Below, in pieces: positions 1 to 13,253 of a stretch of DNA of 64,000 nt. The stretch covers positions 3,211,781 to 3,275,780 of the forward strand of contig NC_068999.1 in NCBI RefSeq assembly GCF_001194135.2, written 5' to 3'. The notes beneath the pieces were generated by a model that was not told the origin of the DNA, searched no databases, and was given only the letters and a program-made list of their open reading frames with translations. A program made the position numbers and the translations under genes. Origin of the DNA: Octopus bimaculoides. Lineage: Eukaryota. How positions within the stretch are numbered: the first letter of the stretch is position 1; the number at the start of each line of letters is the position of its first letter.

Positions 1-36
<36 letters not shown>

Positions 37-37
37 C

Positions 38-97
<60 letters not shown>

Positions 98-146
98 CCA
101 CCATCATCATCATCATCATCATCATCATTGTCATCATCATCATCAG
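1..146. repeat. (CAT)n microsatellite
   Basis: Near-perfect CAT array with occasional CAC; runs off the window start. Confidence 0.97.
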
Positions 147-1297
147 TTTGATGTTAATTGTTCAAAGTTTATCTTGTTCTTCTCTGCAGTATTCTTTCTG
201 CATGGATCTTGTAAGGCTGTGTTTAAACTGTTTTACTTCACAGCCATGTAGTTCTGGGTTCAGTCCCTGTCTACAGTACCCTGTGCACATGTCTTTTACA
301 GTAATCTCGAGTTCACCAGCTTTGCATGGAATTTGAGAGACAGAAACAATGTGAAAGTTCTTTACATACACATATATGTATGTGTGTTTGTGTGTGTGTG
401 TGTGTGTGTGTTGTTTACTGATGTGTATAGACAAAATATGTAAACATTAGAAAGAAGACAACAAACTGGTGCTGTTTGAATGAAATCCCTTGTGACATTT
501 GTTCTTGACCGAGTTAAGGACACTCCTTTGTCATGTGAATTTATGAGAATACAATGAACCAGTGACTGATCCATTAGAAACTTCTACCCAACCATGGTGT
601 TATTCCTCAATTGAGATTTAGACTTTTTTAATCATTGAAATATTCCCTGTAATTTGTCACCTAATTGTGATTTCAAACCATCTAATCTTTGACCTTATTA
701 GCTCAGTTTTACCTCAGGTTACTGCTGGCCCCACCAATTCCAATTAACTAATGACCTGTAATCCTTTGGGTATTTGGGGTCTCCCTGACTATTTTATCCT
801 CACATAATGATTCATACAAGAATACAGTGAAAGAGTCTATAATTACTTTCACTTGTGTCTAAGAAACAATCTGAACTCAGCACTTTTGGATTGTCACTTA
901 TGCAGTATCCTTGTTACTTAGGATGATAAATTCTTCCTGGTCATGGTATCTGTGTACAGCTTAGTGGACTGTGCCTACAAGAATTAAACACATGTGCCAA
1001 GGTAACACTGCTCCTGAGACTGGTGACAGGATAAAATTCTTTAAAATGCAGATGTACAGATCTACAACCTAGCGACCCCTTCCCTTTACAAATCTGTACT
1101 GAAATAACCTTTTACCCTACAGACCTGTACCCTAACAACTGTTCTGCTTATAGAGATGCACTCTAATAACATTTACACCCTGTATCTACAATAACATATG
1201 CTGAGTCTCTTCTGCTATGCAGTTGTTCTATTTTAGTTCTGGAATATGACTGTTACTACAGATGCATTATCATCTTTACCAATATTTAGTATCTATT

Positions 1298-1518
1298 AAG
1301 GTGGCGAGCTGGCAGAATCATTAGCACGCCGGGAGAAATGCTTAGTGGTATTTCACCCATTGCTACATTCTGAGTTCAAATTCTGCTGAGGTCCACTTTG
1401 CCTTTCATCCTTTCATCCTTTCAGGGTCGATAAAATAAGTACCAGTTGAACGCTTGGGGCCAATGTAACCAACTCATCCCCACCTCCCCCAAGCTGCCCT
1501 TGTGGCAAAAATTTGAAA
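1298..1518 (+). mobile_element. tRNA-headed SINE, family A (working name)
   Basis: A-box-like TGGCAGAATC and B-box-like GTTCAAATTC, then body GGGTCGATAAAATAAGTACCAGTT; about ten homologous copies in the window. Confidence 0.85.
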
Positions 1519-2639
1519 TAATTGTAACATTTATTTCGCAGGTTGATCACCAAACCAAGACACTGGCACTAAAGAACTCTGTGCAACTGTGTCAGGGTGA
1601 ACCATCATTTGAAGGAGCAACGAGAGAACCCATCACTATATGGACAGTCATCCTCAGTTGTGAATGAAGACCATTGTACATGTGTGTGTGTGTGTGTTGG
1701 TGCATGTATGTTTGTGTATGTGTGTAGCTATGTGGGTCTGAGTGGATTTGTGTGTGTCTGTGGCAGGGTTGGATTCACCATTCCTGGAAGAAAAACCTAC
1801 CAATATTCTCTCCTTTTAGAATTTCATTTAACCAAAATGTCTCTCATCTATAGACACAACCATAAATGTCCTCAAACCACCAACACAGTCTGTATGTGGT
1901 CACCACATCAGCTAGAAATAACAGCCAAATCTCTCCCACCTTCCAGAAATAAAAGAAAAGGAAAGCACACATAGGATAATGTAGTCTATAGTACAGTGTC
2001 TATGGGATGGTCACAGTTAGAATGTCTTTGGTCGTAGGTCTAGTAGAACAGTGATGATTTTGGGTTAAACAGCAATCACCACCACCACCATAATCATCAT
2101 CATCATCATCATCATCACCATCATCATCATCATCGTCATCGTCGTCATTATCATCATCATTATTATCATCAAAAATATTGTTTATTTTTAATATCATTTC
2201 TTTCCATCTCTACGCAGAAGTCTTAATAAAAAATTAACAAAATTAATTTCTGTATCCATTCGGTTTTATCATCTGAAGCTTTTAGTTTACAATTCTAAGT
2301 CTAACTGGTTTTGTTGTTATTGTTGTTGTTGTTGTTGTTGTTGTACATCTCTAACTCATTTGCCGATTTTCTTATTTTATGACGAAAGTAATTCTGATTT
2401 TAATATAAATGTTCAAATACGCAACCAAATAGAAGAAGCTACATAAATGTATCCAAGGACCCAGTCATCGTCCAACATCTAGTGTTAATAAGATGTTACA
2501 CTCAAAAACCCATCAATTATTCGAGGCGGGTGGATGAATAATTAAAGAAGGTGAACAGTATTTATTTTTATCGATCCTAAAATGCATGCAAGGCAAAGCG
2601 AACTATAGCAAGGTTTGAACTTAGAACCTTGCGGCATGT

Positions 2640-2790
2640 AACTACGAAATAATTAAGCCCTCGCTGTTCGCGTCTCTGTTCGCGCACCGCCCTTCCTAAT
2701 TGGAAAAGCAGGCAGGAGGTGTGGCCCGTTGGGAGACGACGTTAGAGTTGTCTGTCCTTGTTCGTTCTTATTCTCAAAATGGCGTAAGAC
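2640..2790 (+). promoter_or_regulatory. CpG-retaining promoter-like region
   Basis: Local CpG cluster (ctcgctgttcgcgtctctgttcgcgcaccgccc) in CpG-poor DNA, GC-box-like CCGCCC, reverse CCAAT (ATTGG ~2699) and YY1-like AAAATGGCG at 2776-2784, upstream of a donor-terminated ORF. Confidence 0.55.
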
Positions 2791-2852
2791 GGATCTCTTT
2801 CTGCCGACTTCACCACTTACATGGAGTACTCGTTTATTCAGTTGGTTTCATA

Positions 2853-2951
2853 ATGACCGAAAGGAAATTTCGTCAAGCTTTACAGAAAGTTGGATGTGCA
2901 GCAAAAGTTCGTGCAAATGTGTCTCAGGCTGTTCGAGAGAGCATCATTTCG
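2853..2951 (+). CDS. Candidate first coding exon (33 codons, phase-0 donor) of an unidentified spliced gene
   Basis: ATG at 2853, non-repetitive ORF MTERKFRQALQKVGCAAKVRANVSQAVRESIIS, consensus donor TCG|GTGAGT at 2952; follows the CpG-rich region. No homology recognised. Confidence 0.5.
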
Positions 2952-3404
2952 GTGAGTTTTTGGTTTACTTCAATCAGGAATCGATCAGCCGAGCATTTCC
3001 TTCCTTCTTAACCACGATTCCGCCTCATTTACCCACTAAAACTCGTATATAACCACCCAATGACACTAAATAACCATTGTCTGGCACTGCTCTACACATA
3101 TTTACAGCTGTCAGTTGTTATTTACAAAATATCCATAAAAAATCATTAATGTTTTCCGCTCTCTCTCTCTCTTTCTCTTTTTGCCGGTTTCTTTACTTTC
3201 TCTTTTTCCTTCTGCTACGCTAAATCGAAACTTCGCCCAATTCGCAAACCTCTGCCTATTTTAGGCAATTGTTTTCTTCTATATCTTTCAGTAAACACTT
3301 AAAGTTGTTGGATAGGTTTCTAGTCAAAATTCTTTCCTTTATTTCATATCTTGGCTTCACCTCGAATATCCACTCTGTCACACTGTCACGTTCTGTGCAT
3401 GTGT

Positions 3405-3660
3405 ATTTCTATCTATCTATCTGTCTGTCTATCTATCTCTATTTGTCTGTCTATCTATCTCTATTTGTCTGTCTATCTATCTCTATTTGTCTGTCTGTCT
3501 ACCTATCTGTCTGTCTACCTCTCTATCTATCTATCTATCTACCTATCCTCCTGCTTCTCTGTGTATCTGTCTGTCTAGCTAGCAAGCTAGCTCTATATAT
3601 ATCTAGCTATCTGTATGTTTATCTCTCCTGTGTGTATATATATACATACATACATACATA
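3405..3660. repeat. Compound (TCTA)n/(TCTG)n/(TACA)n microsatellite
   Basis: Visible tetranucleotide arrays. Confidence 0.9.
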
Positions 3661-4999
3661 CGCGGGGGAGGACAGACACTAGTGTCATGTCTCGTATAAC
3701 TTCCTACCAAAAAAAAACTATTCGTGTTCTAACATTGGACTGTGTTTCCATAGAACTATATTTAGCAACAGGACTACATACCTGATAATGATGCTAATCT
3801 TACTTAGGTTGGCATAAGTCCACAATTGTGGAGAGCAGAGGAATTGCCAATTGAATTTAGTCGAAGACATAAAAGGCAAACTCGATATTGGCGGGAGTTG
3901 AACTCGTAACTTCGACCGACCAAACATTGTCAGGCATTTAATCTGTCACCTTACCATTTTGTCTCTCCTGTAGATCTGTTTCATTCAGAACTGTCTCTCT
4001 AGAACCATTTGTAGCAGTGGTAGAATGCTTTCTGCTAAAATTATCCGCCACTCTAATTTAAAGACAAACCAACACTTAAAACCAAGTGACTTTGGCATTT
4101 ATTTATAAACCGTCCATGCTGTCACCTCAGTTTAAAAGAAACTCTTTACTCTGTGACATTGATGTTGTTGCTGCTGGTGATGATGATGATGATGGGACTT
4201 GTTAGTCTTAGATATTTTTACACCTGCCACTTTGGAACTGCTCAACTACAACCATCTGTGTGTGTGTGTGTGTGTGTGTGTCCCCCACTGTTAGCAATTG
4301 TCAGTTGTTGAACTGCTTACGTATTTTTCTCTTTATTATTTGTTGTTACCTGTCCGTTATATCAACGTCGTAGACCACACCTTAGATTGTCGTCACCTTT
4401 ATCAGCTGATCGCTTTCCTGAGACTCTGCCAAGGGTTTCTTCACCTCACTCCCTTATTAATTTTTCTCTTCAATTAACCTGCCAGGTTATAGCTCCGGGG
4501 CGACTAAACGGCATTACATCTCTCTCTCTCTGTATGTATATATATATATATATATNNNNNNNNNNTATTGTCTAAATCGGTAAATCGGAAAAAAATATGC
4601 ATTCGTATATTTATCAATGGAGTGGGTGTATCAATACACCTGCATATTGTTATAGAATAACGTGTACTTTAATATATATATATATATATATTAATGTAGA
4701 AGGTTGAAAAGGAACACACGAGTTGATATGTATAAGGAAAATAAGTGAAGGTAGAAAATGCTGAAATAATTTTTATCGTGAAGAACACATCCGGCCGTCC
4801 TTGTCATCTGAATTCCCCAGTTGATAATCTCACCTGTTCCTCCACCTTCACTTATCTGGCACCCATAGCAACCTGTTGTTTCTAATGAAAGATGAGATAT
4901 TTGGCATCTAAAATATGTGATGGGGAAAAACCAGACACCGAACTAACCTTTATAATTAGTTGGTTGTTGTCTCGTGTATCGGATTTCGAATCTAGCTGA

Positions 5000-5185
5000 C
5001 ACCAATATCACCTTTGTACCCTCAGAATCTGCACAACAGACATTCCAGCTATGACCATTCCACCTTTTTATTTGTAGTATGTATATATAGCATCATACCT
5101 AATATAGCATTTTTTTAAGACTATGACTCTAGGTGAATTTAGCTGTTATTTCTAGGAAGTCGAGCAACCATGTTTATCCTCCTTC
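5000..5185 (-). mobile_element. Dispersed repeat family E (SINE-like, (AAC)n tail)
   Basis: Shares cattccagctatgacc and gctgttatttctag motifs with copies at ~26860, 32960, 53270 and 55330. Confidence 0.55.
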
Positions 5186-5485
5186 CCTACACACACCAGT
5201 TATATATTAAGGTGAGGTGATTATTTTAGCAACAACACCTTATATGTTTGTGTGTGTCTGTAATTAACGATATTAATAGCCTCTCAAATTTTGTCTTCCT
5301 TTTTCCCTGTGTTCTGAGAGCAATAAACATTCGTAAGACTGGATTCTATCAAGTGGTTCTAAAACCGTTTCAGAATCTGGGCTGGACATTTTTTTTTTTC
5401 AGCTTCACGTGGGAGCTAGAATATATCCGAACACAAATGTCGTCTCTCAAAGTTCGAATTTCCCTTTCCGCTTGTAAATGGCTCA

Positions 5486-5486
<1 letters not shown>

Positions 5487-5568
<82 letters not shown>
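5487..5568. repeat. (TA)n microsatellite
   Basis: Long TA array. Confidence 0.97.
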
Positions 5569-6390
5569 GAGTGAAATTCAGAGCAAATTGTGTCAAAGGA
5601 ATTTTTGTGTGTATATACATATATACACACCCGTGCAGGCAGTAGGCAGTGCTCCAATTGTCCTTGGGTGTAAAATGTCTTGTTTCTTAGACATAATACT
5701 ATCGATATGAAGTTTGTAAATATATCCACACATACACACGCCTTTTCGGTATTGCGTGTATAAATAATCTATATCGACCCACACACACACGCAATGCGTT
5801 TATAAATCTATCGATACATTTATACTCGTTAATAAATGTATCGATACGGATAAATAAATTGGGACAGTGATTAGTTTTGTGAACGTTTCGAGAGAGAGGG
5901 CATTATTGCGTGTTGGGGATGACTTCTGTAGCAGAGTACATAACAACAACAACAATAATAATAATAACAATAATAATAATAATGATGATGATGTATCAGT
6001 CTGTATCTACTTCCGTTCGTTGTCCATGGCATTTAAGATCAGGTTGCTAAGAGGTTTTACCACCTCCACACTCTAAACGGAAGCAATATTTCGTTGCTGG
6101 TTTCATTCATTCATCCTTGACACGGTTGGAATTTCCAGTCTCTCAGATTAGGGGGTCACACTTTGGAGTGTCTATGGTAATATTAAAATAAGACGTCTTT
6201 AAAAAAATATAATAAACTGTTGCACGCACTTCCTGGCTGGGAAATATCATTTATGTGTGTCTGTTCGTATACATATGTATCCTGTGAGCTTGTGTATCAG
6301 GTATGTAATATATATGGGCGGGTTGCTTGTGATATATAACTCTCTGTTTAATACGTGTATTTGTGTCATTGGGAATTTATAAATGTATAT

Positions 6391-6770
6391 TCTTTTGACT
6401 GCAACCATGCTGGAGCACAGCCATTAGTCGAACAAATCGACCCCAGGACTTAGTCTTTGTAAGCCTAGTACTTATTCTATCGGCCTTTTTTGCCGAACCG
6501 TTAAGTTACAGGGACGTAAACACACCAACATCGGTTGTCAAACGATGGTGGGGGAGGAAACAAACACAGACACATATATATATATATATATCTATATATA
6601 TATATCTATATATATATATATATATACACACACACATGACTGGCTTCTTTCAGTTTCCGTCTACAGTAGAGGCTATAGTAGAAAACACTTGCCCGAGATG
6701 CCACGCAATGAGACTGAACCGGGAATCATGTGGTTGGGAAGCAAGTGTCTTACCACACAGCCATACCTGC
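6391..6770 (-). mobile_element. tRNA-headed SINE, family B, with central (TA)/(CA) microsatellite
   Basis: Reverse strand reads tggctgtgtggtaag...ggttcagtc(t/c)c... head; body cctagtacttattctatcgg...gacgtaaacacacc matches many other copies. Confidence 0.85.
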
Positions 6771-6804
6771 ACCAAATGTATACATGGTATATCCATGTAT
6801 ACGT

Positions 6805-7345
6805 TATCATCATAATTTAACGTCCGTTTTCCATGCCTGGCATGAGTTGGACAGTTTGACAGGAGCGAATGCAAGCCAGAGGACTGCACCAACTTTTGTC
6901 GTCTGCTTTGGTATGGTTTCTATGGCTGGATACCCTCCCCACTCAGTGTACTTACTGGGTTCCTTTTATGGTGGCGTCACCAGCACTGGCAGGGTCACCA
7001 GTTAACTTGCAAGACAAACACCTTTCAATTGGGGAGCAGTATTGAGGGAGGTGGCTTGGGGCCAGTTGACAGTTTAAAGCATTATAGCGGGATGGAGATA
7101 AGTGCCTTTCACAAACCATCCATTTATCCCTAACTTCCTCAGAGACCACCATATCACAGAATGAGTTACTCTGTCAAAAGTTTTCTTCAGGTCAATGAAT
7201 GCCAGGTACAATGGTTTAATTTTAGCTACATACTTCTGCAGGCGGGCCAGACCATTGCTAATGGGGGTCACCTAGTTGACCGGAACATTGTGTCAGTTGG
7301 TCAATCAGACCCTTGTCAGTGGAGTCACCAGGTGGACCTCTGGAC
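6805..7345 (-). mobile_element. Degenerate, internally deleted RTE-clade LINE (RT fragment plus 3' tail)
   Basis: Minus-strand translation KPLYLAFIDLKKTFDRVTHSVIWWSLRKLGI matches the non-LTR RT motif AF(I/V)DLxKAFDRV; adjacent tail ...ccaggcatggaaaacggacgttaaa. Confidence 0.8.
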
Positions 7346-7599
7346 AATGAAGTGTCTGATCTAGACCACTGAAGTGAGCAGGGGACAAAATACTGACCCC
7401 TTGGTTAGTTGTCTTGAATCCACTTGAGTTAGTCATCTGAAGCTCTCTTGACCATGTGTGTGTATGTGTCTGTCTATAATATATGCATATTACGTATGCA
7501 TACATGTGAATGTGCAAACAGCTGTGTGTGTATATGTGTATACTTAAAAGGTACAATTAATGCTGATATGCTGCAGTATTTGTGTGTGTTTGTATGTAT

Positions 7600-7703
<104 letters not shown>

Positions 7704-8237
7704 GTATGTATGTATGGTTTGTTAAAACTGTTTTTTCTCTCTTCCCTTGACTGATTTCATTCAAAGAATGTCAAGATTACTAACAGCTGCCAACACCTCA
7801 ACTCTATAATTTAGTATTTGGTAGGTGTTACTTTGGCACTTTTTCACACACCGTTCTCCCAATGCCATTGGTCGCCAGTTTACATCACATCTGTTTTTGT
7901 GTTTCCTACAATTAGATTGTTGTTGTTGTTGCTGTTGTTGTTTCTTATTTTCCTGCCAACCTGCTGAATTAGATTTAACCCTGAGTCAAGAGATGAATGA
8001 GTGAATGGCTGATGGTTCAGACTATAATTGTTCTACTATATCTACAACTAAGGTATACTCAACACAGGCTACTTAAGTCCACTTTGGTGTATTAAATAGA
8101 AACGTTTATTGTATCATATAACAATCATCATCATCATGCTTTAGATCTGTATCCTAATAGATGTGTCCTCACCATAGTGTCCTGTCCATTAGCTGATTCC
8201 AGCTGAAGAAAATGCTCAAAGCAAATAGTAATATTAC

Positions 8238-8388
8238 TTTCATATTTTGGCACAAGGCCAGCAACTTTTGGAGAGGGGGTAAATTGATTACATCGACCGC
8301 CAGCACTCAACTGGTACATATTTTATCGACCTTGAAAAGATGAAAGGCAGAGTCGACTTTGGCAGAATTTGAACTCAGAACATAAAGC
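8238..8388 (-). mobile_element. SINE family A, partial
   Basis: Reverse complement of the family A body. Confidence 0.8.
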
Positions 8389-8597
8389 CAACCAAAAGCA
8401 AAATAGTAATATTACAGAGCAGAAAGGAGATTAGAGAAATTCTGCTGGGTCAAGGGAAAATGTTCTATGAATTATCATATAAACTGACCATTCCACAATG
8501 TCCATGTGCCTAATATAACCCTATACTATTGACCAATATTGAATCCTCATCATCATCATTATTATTATTATTATTATTATTGATTGTGTGTTTATGT

Positions 8598-8812
8598 GGT
8601 TGTAAGCTAGCACAATTGTTAGCATGTCGGCTAAAATGCTGTGCATTTTGTCCACCGTTACATTCGAAGTTCAAATTCCGTGAGGTCAACTTTGCCTTTC
8701 ATCCTTTTGGGGGGGGCCAATAAAATAAGTACCAGTTGTGTACTGGGGTTGATGTAATTGACTTGACCCCTCCCACCAAATTTCAGGCTTTGTGCCTATA
8801 ATAGAAAAGATT
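8598..8812 (+). mobile_element. SINE family A, diverged
   Basis: gttcaaattcc B box, taaaataagtaccagtt body, ATT-rich tail. Confidence 0.8.
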
Positions 8813-8877
8813 ATTATTATGTAGTGCATGAAATTCTTGGCCTTGAATCACTCTTTTCTGCTAAATATTAAAATATA

Positions 8878-8912
<35 letters not shown>

Positions 8913-9798
8913 NNNNNNNNNNNNNNNNNNNNNNNNNNNNNNNNNNNNNNNNNNNNNNNNNNNNNNNNNNNNNNNNNNNNNNNNNNNNNNNNNNNNNNNN
9001 NNNNNNNNNNNNNNNNNNNNNNNNNNNNNNNNNNNNNNNNNNNNNNNNNNNNNNNNNNNNNNNNNNNNNNNNNNNNNNNNNNNNNNNNNNNNNNNNNNNN
9101 NNNNNNNNNNNNNNNNNNNNNNNNNNNNNNNNNNNNNNNNNNNNNNNNNNNNNNNNNNNNNNNNNNNNNNNNNNNNNNNNNNNNNNNNNNNNNNNNNNNN
9201 NNNNNNNNNNNNNNNNNNNNNNNNNNNNNNNNNNNNNNNNNNNNNNNNNNNNNNNNNNNNNNNNNNNNNNNNNNNNNNNNNNNNNNNNNNNNNNNNNNNN
9301 NNNNNNNNNNNNNNNNNNNNNNNNNNNNNNNNNNNNNNNNNNNNNNNNNNNNNNNNNNNNNNNNNNNNNNNNNNNNNNNNNNNNNNNNNNNNNNNNNNNN
9401 NNNNNNNNNNNNNNNNNNNNNNNNNNNNNNNNNNNNNNNNNNNNNNNNNNNNNNNNNNNNNNNNNNNNNNNNNNNNNNNNNNNNNNNNNNNNNNNNNNNN
9501 NNNNNNNNNNNNNNNNNNNNNNNNNNNNNNNNNNNNNNNNNNNNNNNNNNNNNNNNNNNNNNNNNNNNNNNNNNNNNNNNNNNNNNNNNNNNNNNNNNNN
9601 NNNNNNNNNNNNNNNNNNNNNNNNNNNNNNNNNNNNNNNNNNNNNNNNNNNNNNNNNNNNNNNNNNNNNNNNNNNNNNNNNNNNNNNNNNNNNNNNNNNN
9701 NNNNNNNNNNNNNNNNNNNNNNNNNNNNNNNNNNNNNNNNNNNNNNNNNNNNNNNNNNNNNNNNNNNNNNNNNNNNNNNNNNNNNNNNNNNNNNNNNN

Positions 9799-9872
<74 letters not shown>

Positions 9873-10404
9873 CATATATTTTCCATATTCATATATTGTA
9901 CATATTCATATGTAATATATGAACTTAAGTAGTTGACAATCCTTTTACTTCAAGTTTCTCTAATGGTTTTAAGTTCAATTTTTAGGTGGGGCCCTTTTAG
10001 GTGTCCTTGTATATGCCATAAGGAATGCAGTTGGCTTTTGATGGTGAATGAAGAGGATATGAGGATGATTCTTCTGAAATTCCAAGCACTCCATTTCTAC
10101 CAACACTCCTAGAATGTCAAGTATTTCAGTATCTTTAGAGTGACTTAATCCTTGTTGTTGTTGTTGTTGCAGTTAGATTTACGGTTAGATAAAATCTTGA
10201 ATCCATGAAGACATGGAAATTCTTTCAAATGAGATTTGATGAGATAACTGACATGGAAACTTGCGGGAAATCACAGCTAAATCAATTTAGATATTTGTAG
10301 AAACGCATACAGATCATTGGCTACGAGGTTAAGCTGTTGAACCTGCAGATCACAAGGTGCTGAGTTCAAACCAATGTAGAAGAATGTTACTTTACCTCTT
10401 GGTA

Positions 10405-10740
10405 AAAGAGTAAAGACCCCCTTCGGTCATGAATGACCGTGGAATGCACCGAGAAAGTTCCTCTCCAAGGCACAAGTCCGGGCAGGACTGTCTGTGGAAG
10501 ACCAGCAGTCGCCCATGCATATCAGCCTCCCCTCTCCATGTCACTAGTGTTGTCCAAGAGAACGGTGCAGCTTGGCACCAGGGACGTTGCAACTCATTTC
10601 TGCAGCTGAGTCAACTGGAGCAACATGAAAAATAAAGTGTCTTGCTTAAGAACACAACACATAACCCGATCTGGGAATTGAACTCGCTACCTCATGATTG
10701 AGAGCCCGATGCTCTAACCACTGAACTATGTGTTTTCACT
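10405..10740 (-). mobile_element. tRNA-headed SINE, family C
   Basis: aagacccccttcggtcatgaatgacc...gaagaccagcagtcgcccatgcat...ctctaaccactga; homologous to 35790-36136 and 40941-41300. Confidence 0.85.
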
Positions 10741-10995
10741 ATGGTACCATGGTACCTCTTGGTACCATGCATTTATCTAATTTCCTATGTGGGACTTATT
10801 TTGAAATAGCTCTTCTCACATTGTGTTTCAGTGGTTCTCATACAGCAGAGATGTGTAAATTTGCAGCTCTATCCCACCCACAGAAGTTTGTTTTTACTGC
10901 TTAACTCTAATGAAGCAAACCTGTTTCAGTTATCATTTAAAAAATACCGAAAAGAAAAAGAAAAAAGATGGAATAAAAAAAACCATAATATTATT

Positions 10996-11185
10996 TTTTA
11001 CTTGTTTCTCTCATTGGACTGCAGCCATGCTGGAGCACGATCTTGAAGGGTTTTAGTCGAACAGATTGACCCCCAATACTTATTTTTTTGAAGGGCTGGT
11101 AATTATTCTGTTAGTCCCTTTTGCTGAACTGTTATGTTACAGGGATATAAACAAACCAATGCCAATTGGCACACAGCATGGGTGG
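10996..11185 (-). mobile_element. SINE family B, 3' part
   Basis: ttttacttgtttc...gactgcagccatgctggagcac...tagtcgaacagattgacccc. Confidence 0.75.
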
Positions 11186-11964
11186 GGGAAGACTCAGAGA
11201 GATGGGGAATATATATATATATATTAGATAAATGTGTGTGTGTGTGTAGATAGATAGATACACGCATGTATATAGATATTATATAGACATGTATAACCTT
11301 AGATTTATGCACACACACAGCTCTTTATCTCTATTTATGCCTTTCCTTATCAACACCAAATCTATCTTCCTACCAATATAACTTTACCAAGTGTTCATGT
11401 TCTTATCTATTCCTGCAAAATTCTTCACTTATAAATCATTGTCGTCTTCATATCCAAGTGGAATTGTTACAAGATTATTACATTGGTTTCTGCCATTCTT
11501 CAAGGGGGCTATCTTCAAAATTCCGCTTGTTGGTTAAAAATTAATTTCTGTTTCAAGAAGTATATCTTCATTAAAATTAACAGATATCTACATATTCAAA
11601 TAATTAACAATTAATACATCAACAACGAGACCTCTACTTGGTTGATTGATCCGCTTGAAATAGCAGTCAGGTCTTCTCTAAATCACACTCTAAACACATT
11701 GGGCAGTGTAGTCTTAGATACATTATGTATTCTTTTTTTTTACTTGTTTCAGTCATTTGTCCACTAAGCTGTCTTCATGGTAGTAAATGGCAACGTCAGA
11801 TTTGGAACAGGGACTGTACAGGACTAAGCGGGCTATGATGAAGATCCAGGAATTATAGATAGATTTACAATAAAGAAAGGATTATCAATTATATATATAT
11901 AGCTGGTATTTTTATATATTCATTTGAAATATGTTTTGTGTCCATAGTGAGATTTGAACTGATA

Positions 11965-12135
11965 CAAGCGTATGGCTACTGTGATACCAGGATATTGTAA
12001 GATGAGTACTATAACCAGTAGTATGGCTACTGTAATGTAGGAGTACTGTGTCACCAGGAGACATTAGTATAGCTGTTGTAAGACAGGGGTACTATGACCA
12101 GTAGTATGGCTACTGTAATGTAGGAGTACTGCCAT
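11965..12135. repeat. Local tandem duplication, period about 83 bp
   Basis: gtactat(a/g)accagtagtatggctactgtaatgtaggagtactg occurs at ~12006 and ~12089. Confidence 0.85.
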
Positions 12136-13214
12136 CAGGATACGAAGGTAGCGCTGCTTTAAGATATGAATTTTGTGATCAGGAGCTGTAGTAGTAGTAG
12201 TAGTAGTGGTAGTGGTAGTAGTAGTAGTGGTAGTGGTAGTAGTAGTAGTATTGTGATAAAAATCACAAGTGTGTGTGTGTGTAAAAATGAAGTGTCTGAA
12301 TGGCATTTGTTTATCTGAGTACTGCTCTTAAGACAGGAACCTAAGATTAATATCAGTTCTAAGTATTATAATAATAATAATAATGAGAATGGTGATGATG
12401 ATGATAATCATATGCTGTTGCTGGCCAATTTGTCTGTTTTACATATATGGGAGAGAGAGAGAGAAGAGAGAGACACACAGACACACACACACACACATAG
12501 ACACATATGTATGTATGTCTTGTCTTAAACTCCTTCCTTTAAGGTTATTAGGGCAGGAGGTACATTCTCTCCCCACCACTCACACACACTCCTCACACCA
12601 CTTACACGCTCCTTTTACGAGATTCCCACATGGGTATCTTGACTTTTTTGTGCTGACACCCACCACTTATTGTTGTCGTAATTTTAGCACCACCTTCAAC
12701 ATCACCACTTTCATTGTCATAGTCGTCATAACTGCCACCGCCACCACCACCACCACCACCACCATCCTCGTCACAACCATTACTACCACCACCACCACCA
12801 TCATCATCACCACCATCACCACCATCAATATCATCTAACCCAATTTTATTATCATAACCGTTACTACTATAATCATCATCATCATCATCATAACAGTTTG
12901 TCAGACTAGTTGTAGGCATTGTAATTATTGTTGTTGTAAATATTTTCACCACCACCACCACGAGTCAAACTATCTTCCTCGTCATCATCATCTTCATCAA
13001 TATCCTTTGAACAGTCTCGTCCTGGTCCTACTCGGCCATTCCATTTCAAAAGCATTATCATCAACAATATTCTAACGGTCAACTATTAACTTGGAGACCT
13101 TAAGATCCCTCTGCGCCCTGTCCAGTATCTCACCACGCCACGTGGGTCTGAGTTAGCTTCTCTGTGAGACATAATGTAAACATTCACTGCACTGCGTTGT
13201 TTAAAGTCTGTACG

Positions 13215-13253
<39 letters not shown>

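Noticed and set aside
1541-1667. Acceptor-led ORF VDHQTKTLALKNSVQLCQGEPSFEGATREPITIWTVILSCE* as a terminal exon of an upstream gene
   Set aside because: Only an acceptor supports it; no recognisable homology.
8828-9922. Long ORFs spanning N runs (also ~18340, 22268, 35100, 42529, 48513, 56008, 58594)
   Set aside because: They are open only because N codons contain no stops; assembly gaps, not genes.
10748-10769. 9-bp inverted repeat CATGGTACC/GGTACCATG
   Set aside because: Short local slippage product at a SINE boundary.
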